From NCBI GenBank assembly GCA_964035545.1, contig OZ037769.1, forward strand, positions 9,764,633 through 9,828,632: a stretch of DNA of 64,000 nucleotides, in the 5' to 3' direction. The translations under genes and the position numbers were made by a program. Source of the DNA: Bugula neritina. Its lineage: Eukaryota; Animalia; Bryozoa. The notes beneath the pieces were generated by a model. The model worked only from the letters and a program-made list of their open reading frames with translations. It was not told the origin of the DNA and made no database searches. Below are positions 28,601-44,175 of this stretch, one piece after another; the stretch's first letter is position 1, and the number at the start of each line of letters is the position of its first letter.

Positions 28601-30644
28601 ACTGAAATACACTGCGACACATTGAATTATACTGCAGCATAATGAAATATACTGCAAGATACTGCAACATACTGAAATACATTGTAAGGTACTGGAATAC
28701 AGTGCAACATACTGAAACATACTGCAACATACTGAAATACACTGTAACATCTTGAAATACACTGCAAAACATTGAAATATACTGCAACATACTGAAACAT
28801 ACGGCAACATAATGAAATATACTGCGACACATTGAAATATACCGCAACATACTGAAATTCACTGGAACATACTGGAATAAACTGTGACACACTAAAATAT
28901 TATGCAACACACTGAAAGATACTGCATTATACTGAAATATACTGCGACACAATGAAATATACTGCAACCTACTGAAATACGCTGTAGCATACTGAAATAC
29001 ACTGCAACACACTGAAGTATACTGTAATATACAGAAATGTACTGTAACATACTGAAACATACGTCAACATACTGAAATGTACTGCAACATATTGAAATAT
29101 ACTGCAACACATTGAAATATACTGCAACATACTGAAATACACTGCACGATACTGCTACATATGGAAGTACACTGTAACGTACTGAAATACACTGTAACAT
29201 ATTGAAATACACTGCAACACATTGAAATATACTGCAACATACTGAAACATACGGCAACATACTAAAATATACTGCGACACAATGAATGTATTGCAACATA
29301 CTGAAATATGCTGTAGCATACCGGAATACACTGCAACACACTGAAGTATACTGTAATATACAGAAATGTACTGTAACATACTGAAACATACAACAACATA
29401 CTGAAATTTACTGCAACATACTGAAATATACTGCAACATACTGAAATACACTGTAACATACTGAAATACACTGCAACATACGGCAACATACAGAAACACA
29501 CTGTAACATATTGAAATACACTGCAACACATTGAAATATACTGCAACATACTGAAACATATGGTAACCTACTGAATAATGTTGAAAACTACTGAAATATA
29601 CTGCAACATACTGCACGATAATGAAACATACTGCAACATACTGAAATATACTGCAAGATACTGCAACATACTGAAATACACTGTAACATACTGAGATACA
29701 CTACAACATACTGAAATATACTGAAACATACCGAAATATACTGCACGATACTGCAACATACGGAATTATACTGTAAACTGTAACATACTGAAATACACCG
29801 TAACATACTGAAGTACACTGTAAATTACTGAAATATACTGCAAGATACTGCAACATACTGAAATACATTGTAAGATACTGAAAAACACTGCAACATACTG
29901 CAACATACTGAAATACAGTGTAACATATTGAAATACACAGCAAAACAATGAAATATTCTGCAACATACTGAAACATACAGCAACATACTGAAATACAATG
30001 TAAGGTACTGAAATACACTGAAAATTGCTGAAATATACTGCAACATACTGAATTATACTGCAGCATAATGAAATATACTGCAAGATACTGCAACATACTG
30101 AAATACATTGTAAGGTACTGGAATACAGTGCAACATACTGAAACATACTGCAACATACTGAAATACACTGTAACATCTTTAAATACACTGCAAAACATTG
30201 AAATATACTGCAACATACTGAAACATACGGCAACATAGTGAAATATACTGCGACACATTGAAATATACCGCAACATATTGAAATTCACTGGAACATACTG
30301 GAATAAACTGTGACACACTAAAATATTATGCAACATACTGAAAGATACTGCATTATACTGAAATATACTGCGACACAATGAAATATACTGCAAACTACTG
30401 AAATGTACTGCAACATGCCGCAACATGTTGAAATATACTGCAAGATACTGCAACATACTGAAATACACTGTAACATACTGAAATATACTGAAAATTACTG
30501 AAATATACTGCAACATACTGAAATATACTGCAAGATACTGCAACATACTGAAATACACTGTAACATACTGAAATACAGTGCAACATAATGAAATATACTG
30601 CAAGATACCGAAATGTACTGCACGATACTGCAACATATGGAAGT

Positions 30645-33600
30645 ACACTGTAACATACTGAAATACACTGCAACATACTGCAAAATACTGCATCATACTG
30701 AAATACACTGTAACATACTGAAATACTTTGCAACACATTGGAATATACTGCAACATACTGAAATACACTGTAACATACTGAAATACACTGAAAATTACTG
30801 AAATATACTGCAACATACTGAAATATACTGCAAGATACTGCAACATACTGAAATACACTGTAACATACTGAAATACACAGCAAATTACTGAAATATACTG
30901 CAACATACTGAAATATACTGCAAGATACTGCAACATACTGAAATACAGTGTAACATACTGAAATACACTGCTACACAGTTGAATATACTGCAACGTACCG
31001 AAATATATGGTAAACTACTGAAATATGTTACAAAATACTGAAATATACTGAAATATACTGCAGCATACTAAAATATACTGCAAGATACTGCAACATACTG
31101 CAACATACTGAAATACATTGTAAGATACTGAAATATACTGCAATATACTGCAACATACTGAAATATACTGCGACGTATCGAAATATGCTGCAACATACTG
31201 AAATATACTGCAACAACTTAAAAAATACTGCAAAATACTGCCACATAATGAAATACATTGTAACATCTTGAAATACACTGCAACACATTGAAATATACTG
31301 CAACATACTGAAATATGCTGTAGCATACTGAAAGACACTGCAACACACTGACGTAAAATATAATATACAGAAATGTACTGTAAAATACTGAAACATACAA
31401 CAACATACTGAAATTTATTGCAACATACTGAAATACACTGCAACATACTGAAATACACTGTAACATACTGAAATGCACTGCAACATACGGCAACATACTG
31501 AAACATACTGAAACATATGGTAACCTACTGAATAATGTTGAAAACTACTGAAATATACTGCAACATACTGCACGATAATGAAACATACTGCAACATACTG
31601 AAATACACTGCAAGATACTGCAACATACTGAAATACACTGTAACATACTGAAATACACTACAACATACTGAAATATACTGAAACATACCGAAATATACTG
31701 CACGATACTGCAACATACGGAAGTATACTGTAAACTGTAACATACTGAAATACACTGTAACATACTGAAATACACTGTAAATTACTGAAATATACTGCAA
31801 GATACTGCAACATACTGAAATACATTGTAAGATACTGAAAAACACTGCAACATACTGCAACATACTGAAATACAGTGTAACATATTGAAATACACAGCAA
31901 AACAATGAAATATCCTGCAACATACTGAAACATACAGCAACATACTGAAATACACTGCGACACATTGAATTATACTGCAGCATAAAGAAATATGCTGCAA
32001 AATACTGCAACATACTGAAATACATTGTAAGGTACTGGAATACAGTGCAACATACTGAAACATACTGCAACATACTGAAATACACTGTAACATCTTGAAA
32101 TACACTGCAAAACATTGAAATATACTGCAACATACTGAAACATACGGCAACATAATGAAATATACTGCGACACATTGAAATATACCGCAACATACTGAAA
32201 TTCACTGGAACATACTGGAATAAACTGTGACACACTAAAATATTATGCAACATACTGAAAGATACTGCATTATACTGAAATATACTGCGACACAATGAAA
32301 TATGCTGGAACCTACTGAATTATGCTGTAGCATACTGAAATACACTGCAACACCTTGAAGTATACTGTAATATACAGAAATGTACTGTAACATACTGAAA
32401 CATACGTCAACATACTGAAATGTACTGCAACTTATTGAAATATACTGCAACACATTGAAATATACTGCAACATACTGAAATATGCTGTAGCATACTGAAA
32501 TACACTGCAACATACTGAAATATACTGAAACATACCGAAATATACTGCACGATACTGCAACATACGGAAGTATACTGTAAACTGTAACATACTGAAATAC
32601 ACTGTAACATACTGAAATACACTGTAAATTACTGAAATATACTGCAAGATACTGCAACATACTGAAATACATTGTAAGATACTGAAAAACACTGCAACAT
32701 ACTGCAACATACTGAAATACAGTGTAACATATTGAAACACACAGCAAAACAATGAAATATCCTGCAACATACTGAAACATACGGCAACATACTGAAATAC
32801 ACTGCGACACATTGAATTATACTGCAGCATAATGAAATATACTGCAAGATACTGCAACATACTGAAATACATTGTAAGGTACTGGAATACAGTGCAACAT
32901 ACTGAAACATACTGCAACATACTGAAATACACTGTAACATCTTGAAATACACTGCAAAACATTGAAATATACTGCAACATACTGAAACATACGGCAACAT
33001 AATGAAATATACTGCGACACATTGAAATATACCGCAACATACTGAAATTCACTGGAACATACTGGAATAAACTGTGACACACTAAAATATTATGCAACAC
33101 ACTGAAAGATACTGCATTATACTGAAATATACTGCGACACAATGAAATATACTGCAACCTACTGAAATATGCTGTAGCATACTGAAATACACTGCAACAC
33201 ACTGAAGTATACTGTAATATACAGAAATGTACTGTAACATACTGAAACATACGTCAACATACTGAAATGTACTGCAACATATTGAAATATACTGCAACAC
33301 ATTGAAATATACTGCAACATACTGAAATACACTGCACGATACTGCTACATATGGAAGTACACTGTAACGTACTGAAATACACTGTAACATATTGAAATAC
33401 ACTGCAACACATTGAAATATACTGCAACATACTGAAACATACGGCAATATACTAAAATATACTGCGACACAATGAATGTATTGCAACATACTGAAATATG
33501 CTGTAGCATACCGGAATACACTGGAACACACTGAAGTATACTGTAATATACAGAAATGTACTGTAACATACTGAAACATACAACAACATACTGAAATTTA

Positions 33601-35972
33601 CTGCAACATACTGAAATATACTGCAACATACTGAAATACACTGTAACATACTGAAATACACTGCAACATACGGCAACATACTGAAACACACTGTAACATA
33701 TTGAAATACACTGCAACACATTGAAATATACTGCAACATACTGAAACATATGGTAACCTACTGAATAATGTTGAAAACTACTGAAATATACTGCAACATA
33801 CTGCACGATAATGAAACATACTGCAACATACTGAAATATACTGCAAGATACTGCAACATAGTGAAATACACTGTAACATACTGAGATACACTACAACATA
33901 CTGAAATATACTGAAACATACCGAAATATACTGCACGATACTGCAACATACGGAAGTAGACTGTAAACTGTAACATACTGAAATACACCGTAACATACTG
34001 AAATACACTGTAAATTACTGAAATATACTGCAAGATACTGCAACATACTGAAATACATTGTAAGATACTGAGAAACACTGCAACATACTGCAACATACTG
34101 AAATACAGTGTAACATATTGAAATACACAGCAAAACAATGAAATATTCTGCAACATACTGAAACATACAGCAACATACTGAAATACACTGTAAGGTACTG
34201 AAATACACTGAAAATTGCTGAAATATACTGCAACATACTGAATTATACTGCAGCATAATGAAATATACTGCAAGATACTGCAACATACTGAAATACATTG
34301 TAAGGTACTGGAATACAGTGCAACATACTGAAACATACTGCAACATACTGAAATACACTGTAACATCTTGAAATACACTGCAAAACATTGAAATATACTG
34401 CAACATACTGAAACATACGGCAACATAATGAAATATACTGCGACACATTGAAATATACCGCAACATATTGAAATTCACTGGAACATACTGGAATAAACTG
34501 TGACACACTGAAATATTATGCAACATACTGAAAGATACTGCATTATACTGAAATATACTGCGACACAATGAAATATGCTGGAACCTACTGAATTATGCTG
34601 TAGCATACTGAAATACACTGCAACACACTGAAGTATACTGTAATATACAGAAATGTACTGTAACATACTGAAACATACGTCAACATACTGAAATGTACTG
34701 CAACTTATTGAAATATACTGCAACACATTGAAATATACTGCAACATACTGAAATATGCTGTAGCATACTGAAATACACTGCAACATGCTGACGTATACTA
34801 TAATATACAGAAATGTAACGTAAAATACTGAAATATACTTCAACATACTGAAATGTACCTGAAAACATTGAAACATACTGAAATACACTGTAACATACTG
34901 AATTACTTTGCAACACATTGGAATATACTGCAACATGATGAAATATGTTGCAAACAACTGAAATATACTGCAACATGCCGCAACATGTTGAAATATACTG
35001 CAAGATACAGCAACATACTGAAATACACTGTAACATACTGAAATACACTGAAAATTACTGAAATATACTGCAAACTACTGAAATATACTGCAACATGCCG
35101 CAACATGTTGAAATATACTGCAAGATACTGCAACATACTGAGATACACTGTAACATACTGAAATACACTGCAACATACTGCAAAATACTGCATCATACTG
35201 GAATACACTGTAACATACTGAAATACCTTGTAACACATTGGAATATACTGCAACATAATGAAATATATGGTAACCTGCTGAAATACGTTGCAAACTACTG
35301 AAATATACTGCAACATACTGCAATCTATTGAAATATACTGCAAGATACTGCAACATACTGAGATACACTGTAACATACTGCAAAATACTGCATCATACTG
35401 AAATACACTGTAACATATTGAAATACACTGCAACACATTGAAATATACTGCAACATACTGAAACATACGGCAACATACTGAAATATACTGCGACACAATG
35501 AATGTACTGCAACATACCGAAATATGCTGTAGCATACTGAAATACACTGCAACATGCTGACGTATACTATAATATACAGAAATGTAACGTAAAATACTGA
35601 AATATACTTCAACATACTGAAATGTACCTGAAAACATTGAAACATACTGAAATACACTGTAACATACTGAATTACTTTGCAACACATTGGAATATACTGC
35701 AACATGATGAAATATGTTGCAAACAACTGAAATATACTGCAACATGCCGCAACATGTTGAAATATACTGCAAGATACTGCAACATACTGAGATACACTGT
35801 AACATACTGAAATACACTGCAACATACTGCAAAATACTGCATCATACTGAAATACACTGTAACATACTGAAATACCTTGCAACACATTGGAATATACTGC
35901 AACATAATGAAATATATGGTAACCTGCTGAAATACGTTGCAAACTACTGAAATATACTGCAACATACTGCAA
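30645..35972. repeat. ~5.3-kb block duplicated at ~56826-62153 (offset 26181); its ~3.4-kb distal part has a third copy at ~42600-46060 (offset 10089)
   Basis: ORF pairs 31015/57196, 31525/57706, 32235/58416, 33758/59939, 35622/61803. Shared rare variants: caccttgaag, cagcatactaaa, catagtgaaa. Confidence 0.9.
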
Positions 35973-38900
35973 CCTATTGAAATTTACGAAAGATACTGCA
36001 ACATACTGAAATACACTGTAACATACTGATATACACTGCAAATTACTGATATATACTGCAACATACTGAAATATACTGCAAGATACTGCAACATCCTGAA
36101 ATACAATGTAAAATACTGAAATACACTGCAACACAGTTGAATATACTGAGACGTACCGAAATATATGGTAAACTACTGAAATATGTTAAAAACTACTGAA
36201 TTATACTGCAACATACTGCAACATAATGAAATATACTGCAAGATACTGCAACATACTGAGATACACTGTAACATACTGATATACACTGCAAATTACTGAA
36301 ACATACTGCAACATACTGCAATATACTGCAAGATACTGCAACATACTGAAACATACTGCAACAACTTAAAATTTACTGCAAAATACTGCAACATAATGAA
36401 ATACACTGTAACATATTGAAATACACTGCAACACATTGAAAAATACTGCAACATACTGAAATATGCTGTTGAATACTGAAATACAGTGCAACACACTGAC
36501 GTATGCTATAATATACAGAAATGTACTGTAAAATACTGAAATATGCATCAACATACTGAAATATACTGCAAGATACTGCAACATACTGAGTTACACTGTA
36601 ACATACTGAAATACAGTGCAACATAATGAAATATACTGCAACATACCGAATAATATTGCACGATACTGCTACATATGGAAGTAGACTGTAACATACTGAA
36701 ATACACTGCAACATCCTGCAAAATACTGCATCACACTGAAATACACTGTAACATATTGAAATACACTGCAACACATTGAAATATACTGCAACATACTGAA
36801 ATATATGGTAACCTACTGAATAATGTTGAAAACTACTGAAATATACTGCAACATACTGCAAGATAATGAAATATACTGCAACATACTGAAATACACTGTA
36901 ACATACTGAAATACACTGCAACATACGGCAACATACTGAAACACACTGTAACATATTGAAATACACTGCAACACATTGAAATATACTGCAACATACTGAA
37001 ATATATGGTAACCTATTGAATAATGTTGAAAACTACTGAAATATACTGCAACATACTGCAAGATAATGAAATATACTGCAACATACTGAAATATACTGCA
37101 AGATACTGCAACATACTGAAATACACTGTAACATACTGAAATACACTACAACATACTGAAATATACTGAAACATACCGAAATGAACTGCACGATACTGCA
37201 ACATACGGAAGTATACTGTAAAGTGTAACATACTGAAATACACTGTAACATACTGAAATACACTGTAAATTACTGAAATATACTGCAAGATACTGCAACA
37301 TACTGAAATACATTGTAAGATACTGAAAAACACTGCAACATACTGCAACATACTGAAATACAGTGTAACATATTGAAATACACAGCAAAACAATGAAATA
37401 TTCTGCAACATACTGAAACATACAGCAACATACTGAAATACACTGCGACACATTGAATTCTACTGCAGCATAATGAAATATACTGCAAGATACTGCAACA
37501 TACTGAAATACATTGTAAGGTACTGGAATACAGTGCAACATACTGAAACATACTGCAACATACCGAAATTCACTGGAACATACTGGAATAAACTGTGACA
37601 CACTAAAATATTATGCAACATACTGAAAGATACTGCATTATACTGAAATATACTGCGACACAATGAAATATACTGCAAACTACTGAAATATACTGCAACA
37701 TGCCGCAACATGTTGAAATATACTGCAAGATACTGCAACATACTGAGATACACTGTAACATACTGAAATACACTGCAACATACTGCAAAATACTGCATCA
37801 TACTGAAATACACTGTAACATACTGAAATACCTTGCAACACATTGGAATATACTGCAACATAATGAAATATATGGTATCCTGCTGAAATATGTTGCAAAC
37901 TACTGAAATATACTGCAACATACTGCAATCTATTAAAATAGACTGCAAGATACTGCAACATACTGAGATACACTGTAACATACTGAAATACACTGCAAAT
38001 TACTGAAATATACTGCAACATACCGAAACATACTGCACGATACTGCAACATATGGAAGTGCACTGTAACATACTGAAATACACTGCAACATACTGCAAAA
38101 TACTGCATCATACTGAAATACACTGTAACATATTGAAATACACTGCAACACATTGAAATATACTGCAACATACTGAAACATACGGCAACATACTGAAATA
38201 TACTGCGACACAATGAATGTACTGCAACATACTGAAATATGCTGTAGCATACTGAAATACACTGCAACACACTGAAGTATACTGTAATATACAGAAATGT
38301 ACTGTAACATACTGAAACATACGTCAACATACTGAAATGTACCTGAAAACATTGAAACATACTGAAATACACTGTAACATACTCAAATACTTTGCAACAC
38401 ATTGGAATATACTGCAACATGATGAAATATGTTGCTAACTACTGAAATATACTGCAACGTGCCGCAAAATGTTGAAATATACTGCAAGATACTGCAACAT
38501 ACTGAAATACACTGTAACATACTGAAATACACTGAAAACTACTGAAAAATACTGCAACATACTGAAATATACTGCAAGATACTGCAACATACTGAAATAC
38601 ACTGTAACATACTGAAATACAGTGCAACATAATGAAATATACTGCAAGATACCGAAATATGCTGCACGATACTGCAACATATGGAAGTACACTGTAACAT
38701 ACTGAAATACACTGCAACATACTGCAAAATATTGCATCATACTGAAATACACTGTAACATACTGAGATACTTTGCAACACATTGGAATATACTGCAACAT
38801 ACTGAAATACACTGTAACATACTGAAATACACTGAAAATTACTGAGATATACTGCAAGACACTGCAACATACTGAAATACACTGTAACATACTGAAATAC

Positions 38901-40874
38901 ACAGCAAATTACTGAAATATACTGCAACATACTGAAATATACTGCAAGATACTGCAACATACTGAAATACAGTGTAACATACTGAAATACACTGCTACAC
39001 AATTGAATATACTGCAACGTACCGAAATATATGGTAAACTACTGAAATATGTTACAAAATACTGAAATATACTGAAATATACTGCAACATACTAAAATAT
39101 ACTGCAAGATACTGCAACATACTGCAACATACTGAAATACATTGTAAGATACTGAAATACACTGCAATATACTGCAACATACTGAAATATACTGAGACGT
39201 ATCGAAATATGCTGCAACATACTGAAATACACTGCAAGATACTGCAACATACTGAAATACACTGTAACATACTGAAATACACTACAACATACTGAAATAT
39301 ACTGAAACATACCGAAATATACTGCACGATACTGCAACATACGGAAGTATACTGTAAACTGTAACATACTGAAATACACTGTAACATACTGAAATACACT
39401 GTAAATTACTGAAATATACTGCAAGATACTGCAACATACTGAAATACATTGTAAGATACTGAAAAACACTGCAACATACTGCAACATACTGAAATACAGT
39501 GTAACATATTGAAATACACAGCAAAACAATGAAATATCCTGCAACATACTGAAACATACAGCAACATACTGAAATACACTGCGACACATTGAATTACACT
39601 GCAGCATAATGAACTATACTGCAAGATACTGCAACATACTGAAATACATTGTAAGGTACTGGAATACAGTGCAACATACTGAAACATACTGCAACATACT
39701 GAAATACACTGTAACATCTTGAAATACACTGCAAAACATTGAAATATACTGCAACATACTGAAACATACGGCAACATAATGAAATATACTGCGACACATT
39801 GAAATATACCGCAACATACTGAAATTCACTGGAACATACTAGAATAAACTGTGACACACTAAAATATTATGCAACACACTGAAAGATACTGCATTATACT
39901 GAAATATACTGCGACACAATGAAATATACTGCAACCTACTGAAATATGCTGTAGCACACTGAAATACACTGCAACACACTGAAGTATACTGTAATATACA
40001 GAAATGTACTGTAACATACTGAAACATACGTCAACATACTGAAATGTACTGCAACATATTGAAATATACTGCAACACATTGAAATATACTGCAACATACT
40101 GAAATACACTGCACGATACAGCTACATATGGAAGTACACTGTAACGTACTGAAATACACTGTAACATATTGAAATACACTGCAACACATTGAAATATACT
40201 GCAACATACTGAAACATACGGCAACATACTAAAATATACTGCGACACAATGAATGTATTGCAACATACTGAAATATGCTGTAGCATACTGGAATACACTG
40301 CAACACACTGAAGTCTACTGTAATATACAGAAATGTACTGTAACATACTGAAACATACAACAACATACTGAAATTTACTGCAACATACTGAAATATACTG
40401 CAACATACTGAAATACACTGTAACATACTGAAATACACTGCAACATACGGCAACATACTGAAACACACTGTAACATATTGAAATACACTGCAACACATTG
40501 AAATATACTGCAACATACTGAAACATATGGTAACCTACTGAATAATGTTGAAAACTACTGAAATATACTGCAACATACTGCACGATAATGAAACATACTG
40601 CAAGATACTGAAAGATACTGCAAGATACTGCAACATACTGAAATACACTGTAACATACTGAAATACACTACAACATACTGAAATATACTGAAACATACCG
40701 AAATATACTGCACGATACTGCAACATACGGAAGTATACTGTAAACTGTAACATACTGAAATACACCGTAACATACTGAAATACACTATAAATTACTGAAA
40801 TATACTGCAAGATACTGCAACATACTGAAATACATTGTAAGATACTGAAAAACACTGCAACATACTGCAACATA
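35940..40874. repeat. ~4.9-kb block duplicated at ~47458-52392 (offset 11518)
   Basis: ORF pairs 36293/47811, 37013/48531, 38435/49953, 39052/50570, 40122/51640. Shared rare variants: gaattctact, gaactatact, ctagaataaact, aagtctactg. Confidence 0.9.
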
Positions 40875-43800
40875 CCGAAATTCACTGGAACATACTGGAA
40901 TAAACTGTGACACACTAAAATATTATGCAACATACTGAAAGATACTGCATTATACTGAAATATACTGCGACACAATGAAATATACTGCAAACTACTGAAA
41001 TATACTGCAACATGCCGCAACATGTTGAAATATACTGCAAGATACTGCAACATACTGAGATACACTGTAACATACTGAAATACACTGCAACATACTGCAA
41101 AATACTGCATCATACTGAAATACACTGTAACATACTGAAATACCTTGCAACACATTGGAATATACTGCAACATAATGAAATATATGGTATCCTGCTGAAA
41201 TATGTTGCAAACTACTGAAATATACTGCAACATACTGCAATCTATTAAAATAGACTGCAAGATACTGCAACATACTGAGATACACTGTAACATACTGAAA
41301 TACACTGCAAATTACTGAAATATACTGCAACATACCGAAACATACTGCACGATACTGCAACATATGGAAGTGCACTGTAACATACTGAAATACACTGCAA
41401 CATACTGCAAAATACTGCATCATACTGAAATACACTGTAACATATTGAAATACACTGCAACACATTGAAATATACTGCAACATACTGAAACATACGGCAA
41501 CATACTGAAATATACTGCGACACAATGAATGTACTGCAACATACTGAAATATGCTGTAGCATACTGAAATACACTGCAACACACTGAAGTATACTGTAAT
41601 ATACAGAAATGTACTGTAACATACTGAAACATACGTCAACATACTGAAATGTACCTGAAAACATTGAAACATACTGAAATACACTGTAACATACTCAAAT
41701 ACTTTGCAACACATTGGAATATACTGCAACATGATGAAATATGTTGCTAACTACTGAAATATACTGCAACGTGCCGCAAAATGTTGAAATATACTGCAAG
41801 ATACTGCAACATACTGAAATACACTGTAACATACTGAAATACACTGAAAATTACTGAAAAATACTGCAACATACTGAAATATACTGCAAGATACTGCAAC
41901 ATACTGAAATACACTGTAACATACTGAAATACAGTGCAACATAATGAAATATACTGCAAGATACCGAAATATGCTGCACGATACTGCAACATATGGAAGT
42001 ACACTGTAACATACTGAAATACACTGCAACATACTGCAAAATATTGCATCATACTGAAATACACTGTAACATACTGAGATACTTTGCAACACATTGGAAT
42101 ATACTGCAACATACTGAAATACACTGTAACATACTGAAATACACTGAAAATTACTGAGATATACTGCAAGACACTGCAACATACTGAAATACACTGTAAC
42201 ATACTGAAATACACAGCAAATTACTGAAATATACTGCAACATACTGAAATATACTGCAAGATACTGCAACATACTGAAATACAGTGTAACATACTGAAAT
42301 ACACTGCTACACAATTGAATATACTGCAACGTACCGAAATATATGGTAAACTACTGAAATATGTTACAAAATACTGAAATATACTGAAATATACTGCAAC
42401 ATACTAAAATATACTGCAAGATACTGCAACATACTGCAACATACTGAAATACATTGTAAGATACTGAAATACACTGCAATATACTGCAACATACTGAAAT
42501 ATACTGCGACGTATCGAAATATGCTGCAACATACTGAAATACACTGCAAGATACTGCAACATACTGAAATACACTGTAACATACTGAAATACACTACAAC
42601 ATACTGAAATATACTGAAACATACCGAAATATACTGCACGATACTGCAACATACGGAAGTATACTGTAAACTGTAACATACTGAAATACACTGTAACATA
42701 CTGAAATACACTGTAAATTACTGAAATATACTGCAAGATACTGCAACATACTGAAATACATTGTAAGATACTGAAAAACACTGCAACATACTGCAACATA
42801 CTGAAATACAGTGTAACATATTGAAATACACAGCAAAACAATGAAATATCCTGCAACATACTGAAACATACGGCAACATACTGAAATACACTGCGACACA
42901 TTGAATTATACTGCAGCATAATGAAATATACTGCAAGATACTGCAACATACTGAAATACATTGTAAGGTACTGGAATACAGTGCAACATACTGAAACATA
43001 CTGCAACATACTGAAATACACTGTAACATCTTGAAATACACTGCAAAACATTGAAATATACTGCAACATACTGAAACATACGGCAACATAATGAAATATA
43101 CTGCGACACATTGAAATATACCGCAACATACTGAAATTCACTGGAACATACTGGAATAAACTGTGACACACTAAAACATTATGCAACACACTGAAAGATA
43201 CTGCATTATACTGAAATATACTGCGACACAATGAAATATACTGCAACCTACTGAAATATGCTGTAGCATACTGAAATACACTGCAACACACTGAAGTATA
43301 CTGTAATATACAGAAATGTACTGTAACATACTGAAACATACGTCAACATACTGAAATGTACTGCAACATATTGAAATATACTGCAACACATTGAAATATA
43401 CTGCAACATACTGAAATACACTGCACGATACTGCTACATATGGAAGTACACTGTAACGTACTGAAATACACTGTAACATATTGGAATACACTGCAACACA
43501 TTGAAATATACTGCAACATACTGAAACATACGGCAACATACTAAAATATACTGCGACACAATGAATGTATTGCAACATACTGAAATATGCTGTAGCATAC
43601 CGGAATACACTGGAACACACTGAAGTATACTGTAATATACAGAAATGTACTGTAACATACTGAAACATACAACAACATACTGAAATTTACTGCAACATAC
43701 TGAAATATACTGCAACATACTGAAATACACTGTAACATACTGAAATACACTGCAACATACGGCAACATACTGAAACACACTGTAACATATTGAAATACAC

Positions 43801-44175
43801 TGCAACACATTGAAATATACTGCAACATACTGAAACATATGGTAACCTACTGAATAATGTTGAAAACTACTGAAATATACTGCAACATACTGCACGATAA
43901 TGAAACATACTGCAACATACTGAAATATACTGCAAGATACTGCAACATAGTGAAATACACTGTAACATACTGAGATACACTACAACATACTGAAATATAC
44001 TGAAACATACCGAAATATACTGCACGATACTGCAACATACGGAAGTAGACTGTAAACTGTAACATACTGAAATACACCGTAACATACTGAAATACACTGT
44101 AAATTACTGAAATATACTGCAAGATACTGCAACATACTGAAATACATTGTAAGATACTGAGAAACACTGCAACAT
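37550..44175. repeat. Head-to-tail tandem duplication with a 3312-bp period
   Basis: ORF pairs 37603/40915, 38435/41747, 39052/42364, 39859/43171, 40535/43847 are all offset by 3312. Confidence 0.88.
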
